Part shown: piece by piece, positions 13,296 to 26,253 of the stretch
Layout of the letters: every line of letters begins with the position of its first letter
Position numbering within the stretch: the stretch's first letter is position 1
From: Octopus vulgaris
Taxonomy: Eukaryota
NCBI GenBank assembly: GCA_951406725.2
Contig: OX597818.1
Span: 2,108,001-2,172,000, forward strand
DNA: 64,000 nt
Reading direction: 5' to 3'
Position numbers and translations under genes: made by a program
Notes under the pieces: generated by a model
Databases searched by the model: none
Told to the model about the DNA's origin: nothing
The model's input: the letters and a program-made list of their open reading frames with translations, nothing else

Positions 13296-14900
13296 TTGTG
13301 TCTAGGGAGAGTCATTATGCCAGTATAATTCACACACACACCAGTTCAATTCCACTCATTTATTGAATATCCGATCTTTTTTGTCAATATCTCCAGCAAT
13401 TATAGGCTATCCTACTTCCTCTAACAAGTGTTACGACCACTCATTGAAATGTTCCCGGACATCTGTATGAGCACAGAGGGTCTCCTTGGTATAATCAGCA
13501 ATTACAACTGCTCCAACAACCTCACAAGTTGTAGAATAGGTAGTATGGATGTGGTTTCACTCTACCCATCTATAGACAGATTTTGCTGTGGAGAAATTCT
13601 TTGAGATAATCTGTGAGAGCGAAGTAGAGTTCCGTGAAGCCAACACGAGAGAACTAGGCCTCTTACTAAAATTAACCTTTGACCGTAACTATCTAGACAA
13701 CCATGACCTCAGTACAATCTGACCCATCGTCACATCGGCTGCGAAGAAGAGTACCACAGAGCTGGAGTGGCTGTACCATACCTACCCGGGACCCTGAGAA
13801 TGACAATCAGGTGAAAAGAATGATTGGGCACGCTATAGGAGCTAGTGTCAAAACCACCTTAAAGAACTATATAGGGAAGTTTGACAAGAAACTATATATG
13901 CAGGTTGAAGGAGTAGCCATCGGTGTCGGTGCAGCTGGAGATGTGGCCGGCCTCATCATGACCTGGTGTTTCAGAAAAACCAAACAATCCCTAGCTAAAC
14001 AATCTATAACAGTATTTTTTTACTGTATGTGAGTAGATGACATCAATATTCTAGTTATGACAACCCCATGTGACTGTACCGAGAAGAGCATAATAGAGAG
14101 CATCCAGCACTTAGCTAATGCCATCCACCAAAATATCAAGGTAACTGTAGATAGCCCCACTAGGCACCCTAACAAGAGACTTCCGGTTCTTGATACTGAA
14201 CTTTGGTTAGGGACTGTAAACAACAGAGTACAGCTCCTCTACTCCTATTACATGAAACTCATAGCTTCTAAATACCTTGTTCACAAAAACTCAATCTTGT
14301 CACACAATATGAAAATTAGCATACTTATAGTAGACTTAGGATAATGAATAATGTGTCCCTGCAATGCGAACCTAATGAAACAAGGATATATATACAAAAC
14401 TTCATGCACCACATGCAATTCTCTGGATATGATCAGAAAGATAGGATTCGTGTATACAGAGGAGATAGAAAGAAATTAGATAACATCATATGTAATGATG
14501 CCAGATACAGAGGTAAAGAGTGGAATACCATACAGAGAGTTTGTGATGAAGCAAACAGAGTGAACACGTGGTACAGGGCTGATAAATATCAAGGAGTGGT
14601 GTTTGTAGAGGCCACACCCATGAGGAATTAGCCCGTAAATTTAGGAAGGCTCTGAAGAATACCAAACTCAACTTTAAGATCGTAGAGAATCCAGGGAGCT
14701 CCAAAAGATCACTATTATGTGGGACATGCCCCTTCGAAAGACCACATGCTCTAATGAGAACTGCGTAGTGTGCAAGATTAACTCTGGTATTAACTGTAAA
14801 ACTAGAAAAGTACAGTGGTGTATAGAAGGAGTGTGTAAGGGCAGAAACACAGCATATATTGGGGAGACTTCTAGGAGTACAGCGGACAGACGGAACAAGC
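13290..14900 (+). mobile_element. Decayed Penelope-like element (second lineage)
   Basis: IGSMDVVSLYPSID, LYMQVEGVAIG, DDINI, LPVLDTELWL, Cys-rich linker CVVCK, and GIY-YIG AYIGETSRS. Confidence 0.8.
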
Positions 14901-14992
14901 ACATACATACATACATACATACATACACGTATACATACATACATACATACATACATACATACATACATACATACATACATGCATGCATACAT

Positions 14993-15421
14993 GATGGCTG
15001 CCCCCTCGTTATCGAGTATGGCCATTGCACGAAGCTTAACTGTTATTGGTGCTGTGATCGAATGTGACTATAATTTGCTTTTAAAGGCTACAGCCAGCCA
15101 TTCAGTTGAGACTCACAGCACCATCAACAATCATGAACAATGTTGTTATCGTGCAATGCCTGTGCAGGAAGATTTTTTTTAAGTGAGGAAAGGCTGTGCA
15201 CTGAGTCAATCCCACTCACTAAGTAACAGCAGCCATAATCCGAAAAGAAGAACAAGTCAACATCATTGGTAACCACTGAGCCACAGGTTTTATGTCGGAG
15301 TTATCCCAGTTACCTGAGTTACCTTCTCCTAGAAGGATGCCCTAACAAAGGCTAGGAATCGGCCCGACCATGCAACAGGTTGTACTGGGTTACATGTTAC
15401 CAGTAGCACTCGAAAGTGACC
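14993..15421 (-). mobile_element. Short non-autonomous RTE-related element between (TACA)n arrays
   Basis: 5' ~60 nt nearly identical to 50024-50090; CCTTCTAGGAGAAGG hairpin; (TATG)n tail on the minus strand. Confidence 0.55.
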
Positions 15422-15552
15422 TGTCATATGCATACATACATATATACATACATACATACATACATACATACATACATACATACATGCATGCATGCATGCA
15501 TGCATGCATGCATGCATGCATGCATACATACATACATACATACATACATACA

Positions 15553-15584
<32 letters not shown>

Positions 15585-17200
15585 CATGTAATATATACAA
15601 ACATACTTTGTGGAAATCAACTTGTGACCAAATGAAACCACTTCCTAAACTCAATAAGTCCCTGTAAACATTCCAAGAGACCAAGAAATTCCTGTGCACA
15701 AACTTTTTGGACGGATAGTGTTGCACATCACTAAACCCACTTTTCAATACAATCAGCTACAGAACTAGTGGCACAACAGTAGTTGAGATGACCAGAAAGC
15801 ACTGCACTTCAGGTTTCTTTTTATACAAGCTTATCTCCTCCTAGAAAGAAGTTCTAATGCGAACATGTGGTTCTTCACTCCCTGTTGCTCATATACTAAT
15901 TAACCCATAGCTGGGACTCTGACAGGTGCTACTACTCTGGGTCAGAGTAGACCTGAGAACAATAGTGACTAAGTGGTGGTTCCACACTCCTCAGAACCCT
16001 GGAATTTCTGGGGCCCACTACCAGATATAGTTTAATGTCATACTCAAGATACACACATACATATAGATGTAGATATATATGTATATGCATGAATGTGAGT
16101 GTGTGTGTGTGTTTCATTTCACAAGTCCTCATTGCAAAAAAGGAGTACAATTTGGGCAAGGACCAAATTGTATTCTTTATTTATGCTCATATCACACCAG
16201 CATACACTCTATACTCCACTAGCATAGCTGGGGGCAGCATAGGGGCAGTATCTCCGGGCAGCACTTTCAAAGGGGTGGCTCTTTTGGGTCTGCTGTAGGC
16301 AATACGTGTTTTTGTAGGGTCCGAGGGTGGAAAACAGATGGGCCACCCTGGGCAGCACACACTCTAGCTACGCTTGTGCTATACTCTTTTTATTTCCTAA
16401 GCAAATAAAAACAGAGATTAAATAAAGCATGATGAAAATGTTAAGAATAAATGAAACTCATCAACTATTTAACTTTATATAAATACGAGCAAAACGCCCC
16501 CCACCCCATCCAATGTACGGTGCTGAGTTGTCAAACATTTAAACCAAATTTTCTCAAAACAATTTGTCCAACCGTCCCATAGACCTCCCTTTTGAGAAAC
16601 ACTGATTTAACCTAAATTTGAGACACCAACAAAAGAAGAAATAAAGATAGACTTTTTTCTATTCCAAAGAAAAATGATTTTATTCACACAAATATGCAAC
16701 CGAAGAGTTTAAAGTACCAGTAATGATAAGGCTGTTGACTGGGAGAATACAAACATGGTTTAAACAGTAAGCTTGGCAGGAAAGAAACGTGCCTTTAAGC
16801 AGTACAAAAATAACAAAAAATGGAAGAAGCAGTTATGTACAGGTTGACGGAAGAAAAGCAAAACAAAAACGATGCATGCAAATAGGTTAGCTGGAGGATT
16901 ATATATATTTATTGATGTTTGCGCATATAAATGCACGTTCCCACAGCTTTATCGATCGCATTCTCACCTGGAATCAATTTTTGTAATTTTTTCAAGACTT
17001 ATACACGCCCTGATACAGTCTGTATCTACATATCAAATTTGAGTGCAATCGGATGGAGGATGCCTGAGATCCTAGAAGACACACACACAGACAGAACGGA
17101 TTTTATGTAATAGATTTAAAGTCTATTTTTGTATTCCCATGTAATCATTTATTTGTTTTTTTTGTTTGAATCTCTTCTCATATTTCAAATTTATGAATTA

Positions 17201-17717
17201 CTAGCAGTATCACCCGGCGTTGCTCGGGTTTGTAAGGGAAATAACTATATAAGCATTTTTAGAGAGTTACTTCCCTTATAGATGCCAATTCGGGCTTTCT
17301 TAGCCATTTCTGTTTTGGTGTCTTCAAGCCATGAAGTCGTTGTTCTAAAAGAACGCTGGTCTCCTTGACAACGCATTACGACATTGATTTCCTTAAACTC
17401 CCTTCCCCACAGCTTCATGAGGGAGGGAAGAAGGGGGAGAAGCAAACACAGGTGCAGGTGTTTGAGCGTGGACGCCAACTCCGCCGCCATCGACACACGA
17501 AAAATTATGCATTAAAATGGAATAAAAAATTATGGTAAATTATTTTTAAAATCGTAGACTCATCGTAGACGCGCGCTAATAGCCAGACGGGCTCGATATT
17601 AATCATGACTATAAGATACCCGAATTTGGTTAAACTGCACCGCAAAATGTGGGAGGAGTTAGGAATCTAAATCGTAGGAGACAGACACTCACACAACTAC
17701 AGTTTTATATATATAGA
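17201..17717 (-). mobile_element. Non-autonomous Helitron (family B), apparently complete
   Basis: A|TCTATATATATAAAA...hairpin-CTAG|T termini on the minus strand (AT target, no TSD). Confidence 0.78.
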
Positions 17718-18092
17718 TTTATCTTCTGAGAGGAGACTTCTCCATATCATTATGTAGAAATCTATTCCCCGCTTTTTTTTTCAGTAATTTTCTCATTGCT
17801 TTTTCTTCTATAAATGATTTTATTTTGATAGATATGAATTGAATCAAAATAAGTATTTATGGTACAAAATATAAATCTAAAATGCCAATGAATTAGGTTT
17901 GTTGAGAAAAAAATTATTTCACAAAGTAACATTTCTAAAATAATCTTCCGTAAATAAAGAAATATATGACTAACTTTCCCAGCAGCAAAATTTGAGATGT
18001 GGTTCTTTGGTATTACTGTACAGAAGCATTACCAAATTCTTTACAACTAAATAATCACCAACTGATGATTCTTCATTTTTCTCATTGCTCAG

Positions 18093-18295
18093 GCCACATG
18101 AAAACAAATCACAGAGTAGATATTTTATATAAGAGCCAAGAAGACTATCCTGATGCAATCCAAATGGTTTTAACATCTCCACAAACAAGATTGATATTAA
18201 ATTACACAAAAACTTCAAACCAGTTCAATATTCCCATACATGTTTTCAACGAGAACCTTAATCTCTATGACGTTTTGGATTTTGGCGAAACAAAG
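18093..18295 (+). CDS. M12B (ADAM/ADAMTS-like) metalloprotease, prodomain exon A (partial gene)
   Basis: Acceptor ctcattgctcag, donor AAG|gtattt; phase 1 to 0; encodes HMKTNHRVDILYKSQEDYPDAIQMVLTSPQTRLILNYTKTSNQFNIPIHVFNENLNLYDVLDFGETK; joins the next exon in frame. Confidence 0.7.
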
Positions 18296-18779
18296 GTATT
18301 TTTATTATTTTAAATATAATTTTAAGGTAAGGAACAAAAAATGAAGTGAGATGTTCTTGGAGATTTAATATTTGGTTTATCAATGGTTGAGATAATGGAG
18401 AGAAATATAGAAAGAATGAAAGAGAAATTTTTGTTGTAAAATAATCTACTTGTCAGGGTGGTTTATGGTGGTGGTGGTGGTGGTTGTGGTTGTGGTGGTG
18501 GTGATGGCGGCGGCGGCAAATTCACAGAATTGCTAGAGTGTCGGGGAAAACACTTTGAAGTATTTGTTCAGACTAAACTCAAATCCTGCCAAATTCAAGA
18601 AAGCAAGGGGAGAGGCAGAAAGGAAGAAAATTCCACATGTTCTGCAACATGTAAATCATAGGCGTATATCTAAATAGTGTCCTAAAGAAAATCATGATGT
18701 TCTTAGAGAGAAATGTATACGGAATGATAAAAGCACGCTTGCTCTCACTGACACTATAAGAAAGAGGCATGGGAGTGCT

Positions 18780-19760
18780 GTTATGAGGAGCTGCTGAATG
18801 TGGAGACTACATGGGAGAAAGTTAAAGAGAGAGAGCTTACCTCATGTGAACCCAACACTATGATAGATAGAATAATAAAGAATATGTAAGTAGGGAAACC
18901 AGCTGGACTATCGGAGATAGATGCTGCGATGCTTGACATATCTGATGAAGTAGAGTATAGGATTGTCATTTGAATAGTAAAGTAATACAGGAAAGTATTG
19001 GACCCAATTACTGGCATTGCAGTATTACTGTAAACTTCCACAAGTGCAGGGAGATGCACAAGAGATAAAGGAAATTTCAGAGACATCAAACTGTTGGGCC
19101 AGATTATGAAAGTTACAGCTAAAGTTATTGCAAAACTAAAGGGAGACGGGATTAGTCTAGGTGAGATGGAATCCATCTTTCTCTCAAGAAAAGGTACCAG
19201 TGATACCTGCAAAAGAAATATCAAACCAAGAGCAAACCCTTGTAGCCAGTGTTCATCAGTGTGAAGAAGGTCTTTAATAGAGTCTCTAGTGGTCACTAAG
19301 GAAACTAGGAGTAGATAAATAGCCTGTGAGACTCATGCAAGCCATGTACAGGGATGGTTACTAGTACGATGAGAACAATCAATGAATTTAGTGATGAATT
19401 TAGTCTGCAGGAGGGGAGGGTGATCCATCAAGATCCCCTTCCTATTTACCAGAAACCTCCAAGTCATAACAAGAATTTAAGCCTGGCTGTTCTGCTAAGC
19501 TGATGACTTAACTCTTATAGCAGAATCTAAGAGAATTGGAGGAAAATTTTCAAACATGAAAGTGAAATTTGAAATTGAAGGGTCTTAAAATATAATTAGT
19601 GAAAGCAAAAGTGTTAGTAAATAGGAAGGAAGACAAAACCCTTATATAATCAGGGAAATAGCAAGGCTCCATTTTCAGAAAAGAAGTCCATAGAAATTCT
19701 AACAGATATACAAAAGGTTTAGTGAGATCACAGGCAGGCTTACAAGAAAAGTAGTGTTTG
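18780..19760 (+). mobile_element. Highly decayed RTE LINE RT fragment
   Basis: Residual similarity to the RTE at 22950-23950 (NFRDIKLLGQIMKV, ADDL-like segment). Confidence 0.65.
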
Positions 19761-20110
19761 GCAAATCCATCAGCAACAGTGCAGGCTTGAGAGGAGTATT
19801 TCAGTGTTGCTGAATGCAAGACAACCTCATTTGTGCTGGTGTCAGTACTGGAAATAGTTGGTGTTAGGAAAAGCATTTAGCCACAGAAGCCATGCCGATT
19901 CTTAATCAGTGAAACAAGATGTAGTCCTCCAATCCATTGAATGTTGTCAAACCTTCCAGTTTATGCCACCTTAGAAAATGAATATAAAATTTATGCCCAT
20001 TTGCTGGCTGATGTATAACTGGTCTTATGAAAGTCAATGATGCTGCTCCATACTTATCTACATACATACATACATGCAGGCATGCATGCATACATACATA
20101 CATACATACA

Positions 20111-20141
<31 letters not shown>

Positions 20142-20246
20142 GTTTACATATATATTTATATAAACTTACTTGGAAATGGGTGTGTGGCATTCAAGTAAAC
20201 TTACTTGGAAATGAATGCATGGAGTTCAATAATAATATAAATTATA

Positions 20247-21135
20247 CAGGGTATTCCAGAAGTCTTGGGCACATTTTGACATTGAATACCTCGAAAACTT
20301 TACTTTTAAGGACATAAAAACGCATCTGATATATTCTGAAAGCCTAGCAATTTCAAGTTTTTTTATGGAATGTTCAAAGATGTTCAATGTGAGCACATCA
20401 AGCCGATAGTCCAATTCTTGTCAAAACGCATTCGAGCATTAGGTTGTCGATGGTTGCAACAGCTTTCATCATTCAGGCCTTCAGTTCATCCACTCTTTTG
20501 GAAGGGGCAGCACATAGACCAGTCCTTTCACAAATGCCCTAAAAAGAAATCGCAGGGTGTGAGATCTGGAGACCCGGGAGGCCAAGGTATAAGAATGCAA
20601 TCATCTCGCCCAGACCGTCCAATCCATCTGTCTGGCAGTGTTGTGTTCAGATACTGTCTAACCCTGAGTCTCCAGTGTGATGACGCCCCATCCTGTTGGA
20701 AAATGAGGTCCCTACTGGCTCTTCTGATCGATTTACGGGGGCTCCGCTCGAAGGCAGTTCGAACTCGCTCAACCGTATCATCTGAAGTTGAGGGGCGTCC
20801 CGTTCTCTTAGCTGGGCACAAACATCCATCCTTCATGAATTTGCCATGCCATCTCAATATGGACTTCCTTTCTGGTGCCTCTTTTCAGAATTTTGTGCGA
20901 AATGCACTTTCAACAAGTGTCCATGATTCAGTTTTTGCGAATTCAAGGACGCAAAACGCCTTTTCTGGTTGAGTGAACGCCATTATTGGATCTGGAAAAA
21001 ATATGAAATAATCATTAGCATTACAAAAAACTTAATGAATTTAGCTTTAAAATGGTACCAGTTTCATCTTACTACAAATCGTAGTTCAGCAGATATGAGG
21101 ACTTGAAATGTGCCCAAGACTTCTGGAACACCCTG
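20247..21135 (-). mobile_element. Internally deleted Tc1/mariner (rosa/Visitor-like) DNA transposon
   Basis: TIRs cagggtattccagaagtcttgggcacattt / aaatgtgcccaagacttctggaacaccctg; TA TSD on both sides; transposase MAFTQPEKAFCVLEF...GRPS...SPRKSIRRASR fused to FQQDGA...WPPGSPDLTPCDFFL. Confidence 0.92.
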
Positions 21136-21139
21136 TATT

Positions 21140-21187
<48 letters not shown>

Positions 21188-21699
21188 TATATGGGTACAG
21201 GACATCACCAACAGTAAACAACATGAAATACGAAAACAAATGGATTCAATACGCAAATGATCTGCTATTGGTTAGTCCATTATATATAGGGAGAAAGAAG
21301 TAGATGGTCTGTTAATTACTAATAATTTCCTAAGTAACATATCACGTTTTGGTGCATGCAGTAGTGTGGGCGATTGTTGGTGGTGGGGAAGGAAAGACGA
21401 AGGTACAGAAGCAAAGCAGAGCCCTGTAGGGGTTTCCGGTATTGAGAATAGGTTTCTGGTATAAGTGGTGTGGGCAGGAAGGGGCAGGAGCATTGCAGAC
21501 AAGCAATAGCCAGTTTACTATTGTTGGGGAGAGAGACATGGCAACAGCAAGACATAAAGTGAAACAATTAAAAATGAGAGAAAAATTCTTAGCTTAGCTA
21601 TGTATATTGTGAAACAACAGTGAATCAAGTGGCAGTCACACTTATATTTTCAATGCTACTCATTATCCATAGGGACAACAATTTTAACATGTTTGAATG

Positions 21700-24600
21700 C
21701 TGGTTGGCAAAAGTGACATTGTTGAACTGTTTGAAAGGAGGCATGTTGATGTATGCTGCATCCAAGAGGTAAGGTGGAGAGGAGCTTCAACCAAGTTCCT
21801 CACAGGCAAGGCACATAGGTATAAAATCTTCTGAGAAGGTAACAGTGACAGGATAGCGGTGTGGGCATACTACTTGCAGAGAAATGGGTGGAGAAGATCA
21901 TAGAGGTAGTTAGAGTGAGCAGTTGAGTGCTTAAGCTTAGGCTAGTCTTGCAGAATAGCATAGCATCAATTATCTCCACCTATAATCCACAAGTGGGCCT
22001 ACCAAACGAACAGAAGGAACATTTTTATGATATCCTCCTGCAGGCTACCTCTAAGACAAATGACAAGGATCTCATCTTTGTGGCTGGGAACTTCAATGGG
22101 CATGTTGAACAGCAGCCCAGTAATTTCCATGGTGTACATGGGGGGCATGGAATTCATTCACGAAACAAAGAGAGAAAAAGGCTACTGGAGTTTTGTGATG
22201 TAAATAACCTATTGATCTGCAACACCAACTTCAGGAAGCTGACCAGCCACCTGATAACCTATCAATCAGGCAGCTATGTCAGCCAGACTGATTAGATTCT
22301 CACCAGGCAGCAGGATGCATGGTTGCTCTTAAAAACAAAGACCCTCCCTGGTGAAGAAGATATTACCCAGCATAGACTGGTAGTTAGTGGTTTTAGACTC
22401 CAGGCCAGAAGAATGTCAAGAAATAGACCAACCTGGAAAAGAAGGATTTGGAAGCTTAAGGACCCTCCATGTGCTCAGAGATTTAGGGACATCCTAATTG
22501 AGAAATTTGATGAGAGGGAGGAGAATCTACAAACTTGTGACATAGAGAGCAACTGGGAATTCCTGCTGGACAGCTTGCTGAGTGCCACAGACCAAATCTG
22601 TGGGTAGTGCGAAGTCCCAACCAAACATAGGGTAATGTGGTAGTGGAAAAATAATGTAGACATGGCCATTAGAGCAAAGAAACAGGCCTGGAAGGACTGG
22701 AGGAATTGGGGTAGCAGGGAACTGTATCAGATAGCCAGAAGGGAAGCTAGAAGTCAGGTATATCTAGCCAAGGGAGAAGCAGAAAAGAAGAACTTTGCCT
22801 ATGTTCAGTGACATGAACTGAAGTGTTTCTGATTGCAAGACAGTGTGTGAGAGAAAATTGTGATGTCATAGGAGAGAAATGTGTCTGCATAGATGATGAT
22901 GCACTTGCATTACATGATTCTGCAAAGAAAGATGCTTGGAAATGCCATTATGAAAACTGCTTAACATGGAGAATCAGTGGGAGGAGGAGTCTGCCAAATG
23001 TCAACCCAACTGAGGGACCAGCTACCCGGATCGACAGTACCTTGGTAGATAAAGCAGTTAAGGAAATGAAGACAGGGAAAACCCCTGGTCCATCAGGATT
23101 CACTACTGAGATGCTTAGAATATCTGGCAGTGTGGGTTATAGTCTAGTCACCTGTATTGTAAAAAGTTAACTGCTACAAAGGTAAAAGTGATGCCTTAGA
23201 TAGAAATAACTACAGAGGTATTAAATTGTTGGATCAGGTGAGAGACAGTCACAGTCCAACTAGATGAGATGCAGTTTGGTTTTGTGACACCACTGATGCT
23301 ATATTTCTGGTAAGACAGCAGCAGGAGAAATACTTAGCCAAAGATAAACCTCTGTACTTGGCCTTTGTTGACTTGAAAAAAGCCTTTGACAGGGTCCCCC
23401 AATCCCTTATCTGGTGGTCAATGCAGAAACTAAGGATAGACAAGTGGTCCGTGAGAGTTGTACAAGCAATGTACAGGGAATCAGTCAGTAAGGTGAGGGT
23501 TGGTAATAAGTATAGTAAAGAATTCAGGGTATAATAGGGGATCACCAAGGACTGGTGCTCAACACCCTTTTGTTCATCATAGTCCTCCAAATAATAACAG
23601 AGGAATTTAAGACAGGCTGCCCCTGGGAGCTCCTCTATGCTGATGACCTTGTTCTCATAGCTGAATTACTACCAGAACTAGAGAAGTTTCAGGTATGGAA
23701 GCAAGGTCTAGAATCAAAGGACCTTAGAGTTAACCAAACAAAAACCAAAGTTTTAGAAAGTAGGAAGGCAGACAAATCACAAATCCCTTCAGGTAGATGG
23801 CCCTGCTCAATCGGTAGAAAAGGTGTAGGTAGAAACTCCATAAGATGCACCCAGTATAAGCTTTGGACACATAAAAGGTGCAGCAATATCAGTGAAAGGT
23901 TAACAGGAAAACTAGCTTTTGTATGTAGAAGATACATAGGTACAATAAACAGTGAAAATGTACAGAAAATAGACTCCATCAACTGCCATTATCAAGGTAA
24001 CCAAGTTAGTAGTGGAGCGGGGGGCTCCAAGAGCATAGCTGTGAGAATTAGATTAAGCTGGGCAAAGTTCAGAGAGTTTCTACCTCTGTTGGCAACAAAG
24101 GGCTTCTCTCTGAGAGTGAAAGGCAGATAGTATGATGCCTGTGTGCAAACAGCTACGCTACATGGCTGTGAAACGTGGCTGTGACAAGCAGAGGCTTGAA
24201 AGAAATTAAGCCAATATGCTTCACTGGATGTGCAATATCATTGTGCATGTTTGACAGAGTATAAGCATCTTGAGAGCTAACTGTGGAGGGAACCTGTGGT
24301 AGAGGTAGACCCAGAAAGACATGAGACAATGTGGTGAAGCATGATCTTCAAACTTTGAGCCTCACAGAGGCAATGACTAGTGACTGAGACCTTTGGCAAT
24401 ATACTATGCTTGAGAAGATCCATGAAGCCAAGTGAAATCACAGTCATGGCTGATGTTGGTATCACGTAACTGGCACCCATGCCAGTGGTATCTAAAGAGC
24501 ACCGTTGGAACATTGGGCAAAGTAGTTGAGATCCCTTTGAGTGTTGGGCTTCACAGAGACAAAGTGGCCGAGTTCCTTTTGAGTGTTGGGCCTCAGGGAG

Positions 24601-24950
24601 GCAAATTGGCTGAGTTCCTTTTGAGTGTTAGGCCTCACAGAGGCAATGACCAAGACCTTTGGTATTATGTTGTGCTTGGGAAAAAGACCCACCAAGCCAA
24701 ACAAAATTGCAGTCATGGCAGATACCAGTGCCTATAGCACATAAAAGCACCCATTACATTCTCAGAGTAGTTGACATTAGAAAGGGCATCCAGCCGTAGA
24801 AAACTATGCCAAAGCAGAAAACCATGCCAAATCTGGTGCAGCCTTCCAGCTTACCAGCCCTAGTCAAAGCATCCTACTCATGCCAGCATGGACAACGGAC
24901 ATTACATCATGATGATGATGATGATGATGACGATGACAATGATGATGACA
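21700..24950 (+). mobile_element. Near full-length decayed RTE LINE (APE + RT)
   Basis: APE motifs CCIQEVRWRG, GNFNGHV, LLEFCD, TQHRLVV; RT motifs AFVDLKKAFD, LLYADDLVLIAE; (GAT)n tail at ~24908-24948; many stops. Confidence 0.92.
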
Positions 24951-25568
24951 AGGAAGAGGTTCCATGCTTTTACATGGGTTGGGCAGTTTGACAAGGATCT
25001 GATGAGTCAGAGTTCTATTTTTGCTATATTTGATTGTTTTAATGTATTCTAATATAATTATTTATTCCCTTATTAGATGATACTTGATTCATTTGCACCC
25101 ATGAGCATTTGACATGTTTCAGCCTGGGGGCATAAGTATATATATATATATATATATATACACACAAATCTTATACTTTTTGATTACATTTGAAGATTTT
25201 TTGTATTTTTCTGTATATTTTATTTTATTTTATTTTATACTCCTATTATATTTATATTTCATACACATAAATTATATAGTTTATATCCTGTATCTTATAT
25301 ACAAATCTTCTGAAATAATTTTGCTTCATCTAGCTCTGAATTTTACTGTGTTTTTAAACATGCTGTTTATAAAGGGATCTTTCCTGAGATGACTACTATA
25401 GTCTCTAACTTTTCAATGTTATATATATATTATGTCATATAGATAAGGATTTTAATTCAGAGCTGCTTCTATTTAATAATTTGAATAATATAATATGTTA
25501 AATTATATTATGTTATACTTTTCATATCATATTATATTTATTCCTGCATTTCCTTCTTGATTATTCAG

Positions 25569-25670
25569 GATTCTCTGATATATGAAGACAAAGTTCATGA
25601 GACATTATTAACATTCCACTGCCATAATTTTGAACCACATTTCAAAGAGCCCTGTATCTTTCAGTCAGTT
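25569..25670 (+). CDS. M12B metalloprotease prodomain exon B
   Basis: ttattcag acceptor, gtaagt donor, 102 nt, phase 0/0; DSLIYEDKVHETLLTFHCHNFEPHFKEPCIFQSV (Y-x-D...C...C prodomain-like pattern). Confidence 0.8.
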
Positions 25671-25925
25671 GTAAGTATCTATTTCCAGATATTATTCATG
25701 TCAGAACCATTGTATTTAATAATAATAACCCTTCTTATAATACACTATTTTAAGTTCCCCCCCCCCACATACTCTTATGTGTCAAGTATTTGTCCATTAT
25801 TTTTCTTATTCACAACCTACATGAATGGGTCAATACTTATAAATCACTTCTGTACTGCTCCATCTAGGTCCATCTTAAACAAATCAATATTTTAGGTTTA
25901 AAGATTAAATTGATTCTAATTTCAG

Positions 25926-26094
25926 TTTGGAATATTTTATTTGGATGGACACCAGCATTTTATTCAGCCTGAAAATTTTGATAAAGAATTATGGAGGCAG
26001 ACAACAAGGAAAAAGCGAAAGAAAACCTACATTCTTCCACATAATGTTTATAAAACAGTCAGTTTCCAAAATCATTCTTGCAGTTTGAAAAATT
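25926..26094 (+). CDS. M12B metalloprotease prodomain exon C
   Basis: aatttcag acceptor, gtaagt donor, 169 nt, phase 0/1; FGIFYLDGHQHFIQP (reprolysin propeptide G-F-x-x-x-G-x-x-x-x-I-x-P-like motif), RKKR, PHNVYK, HSC. Confidence 0.85.
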
Positions 26095-26136
26095 GTAAGT
26101 AATAAAATCCCAGTTTAACAAACTCTTATTTTTCTC

Positions 26137-26253
26137 ATGGCCTAGTGGTTACAGTGTTCACCTTGCAATCATAAGGTTTTGGGCTTAGTTATTGGAGAGG
26201 GTAGTGAGTGGTATCCTTGAACAAGGTACTTCATTTCATGTTGCTTTCTCCTC
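26137..26253 (+). mobile_element. tRNA-derived SINE head fragment
   Basis: tggcctagtggtta A-box and downstream tccttgaacaaggtacttcatttc segment. Confidence 0.5.
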
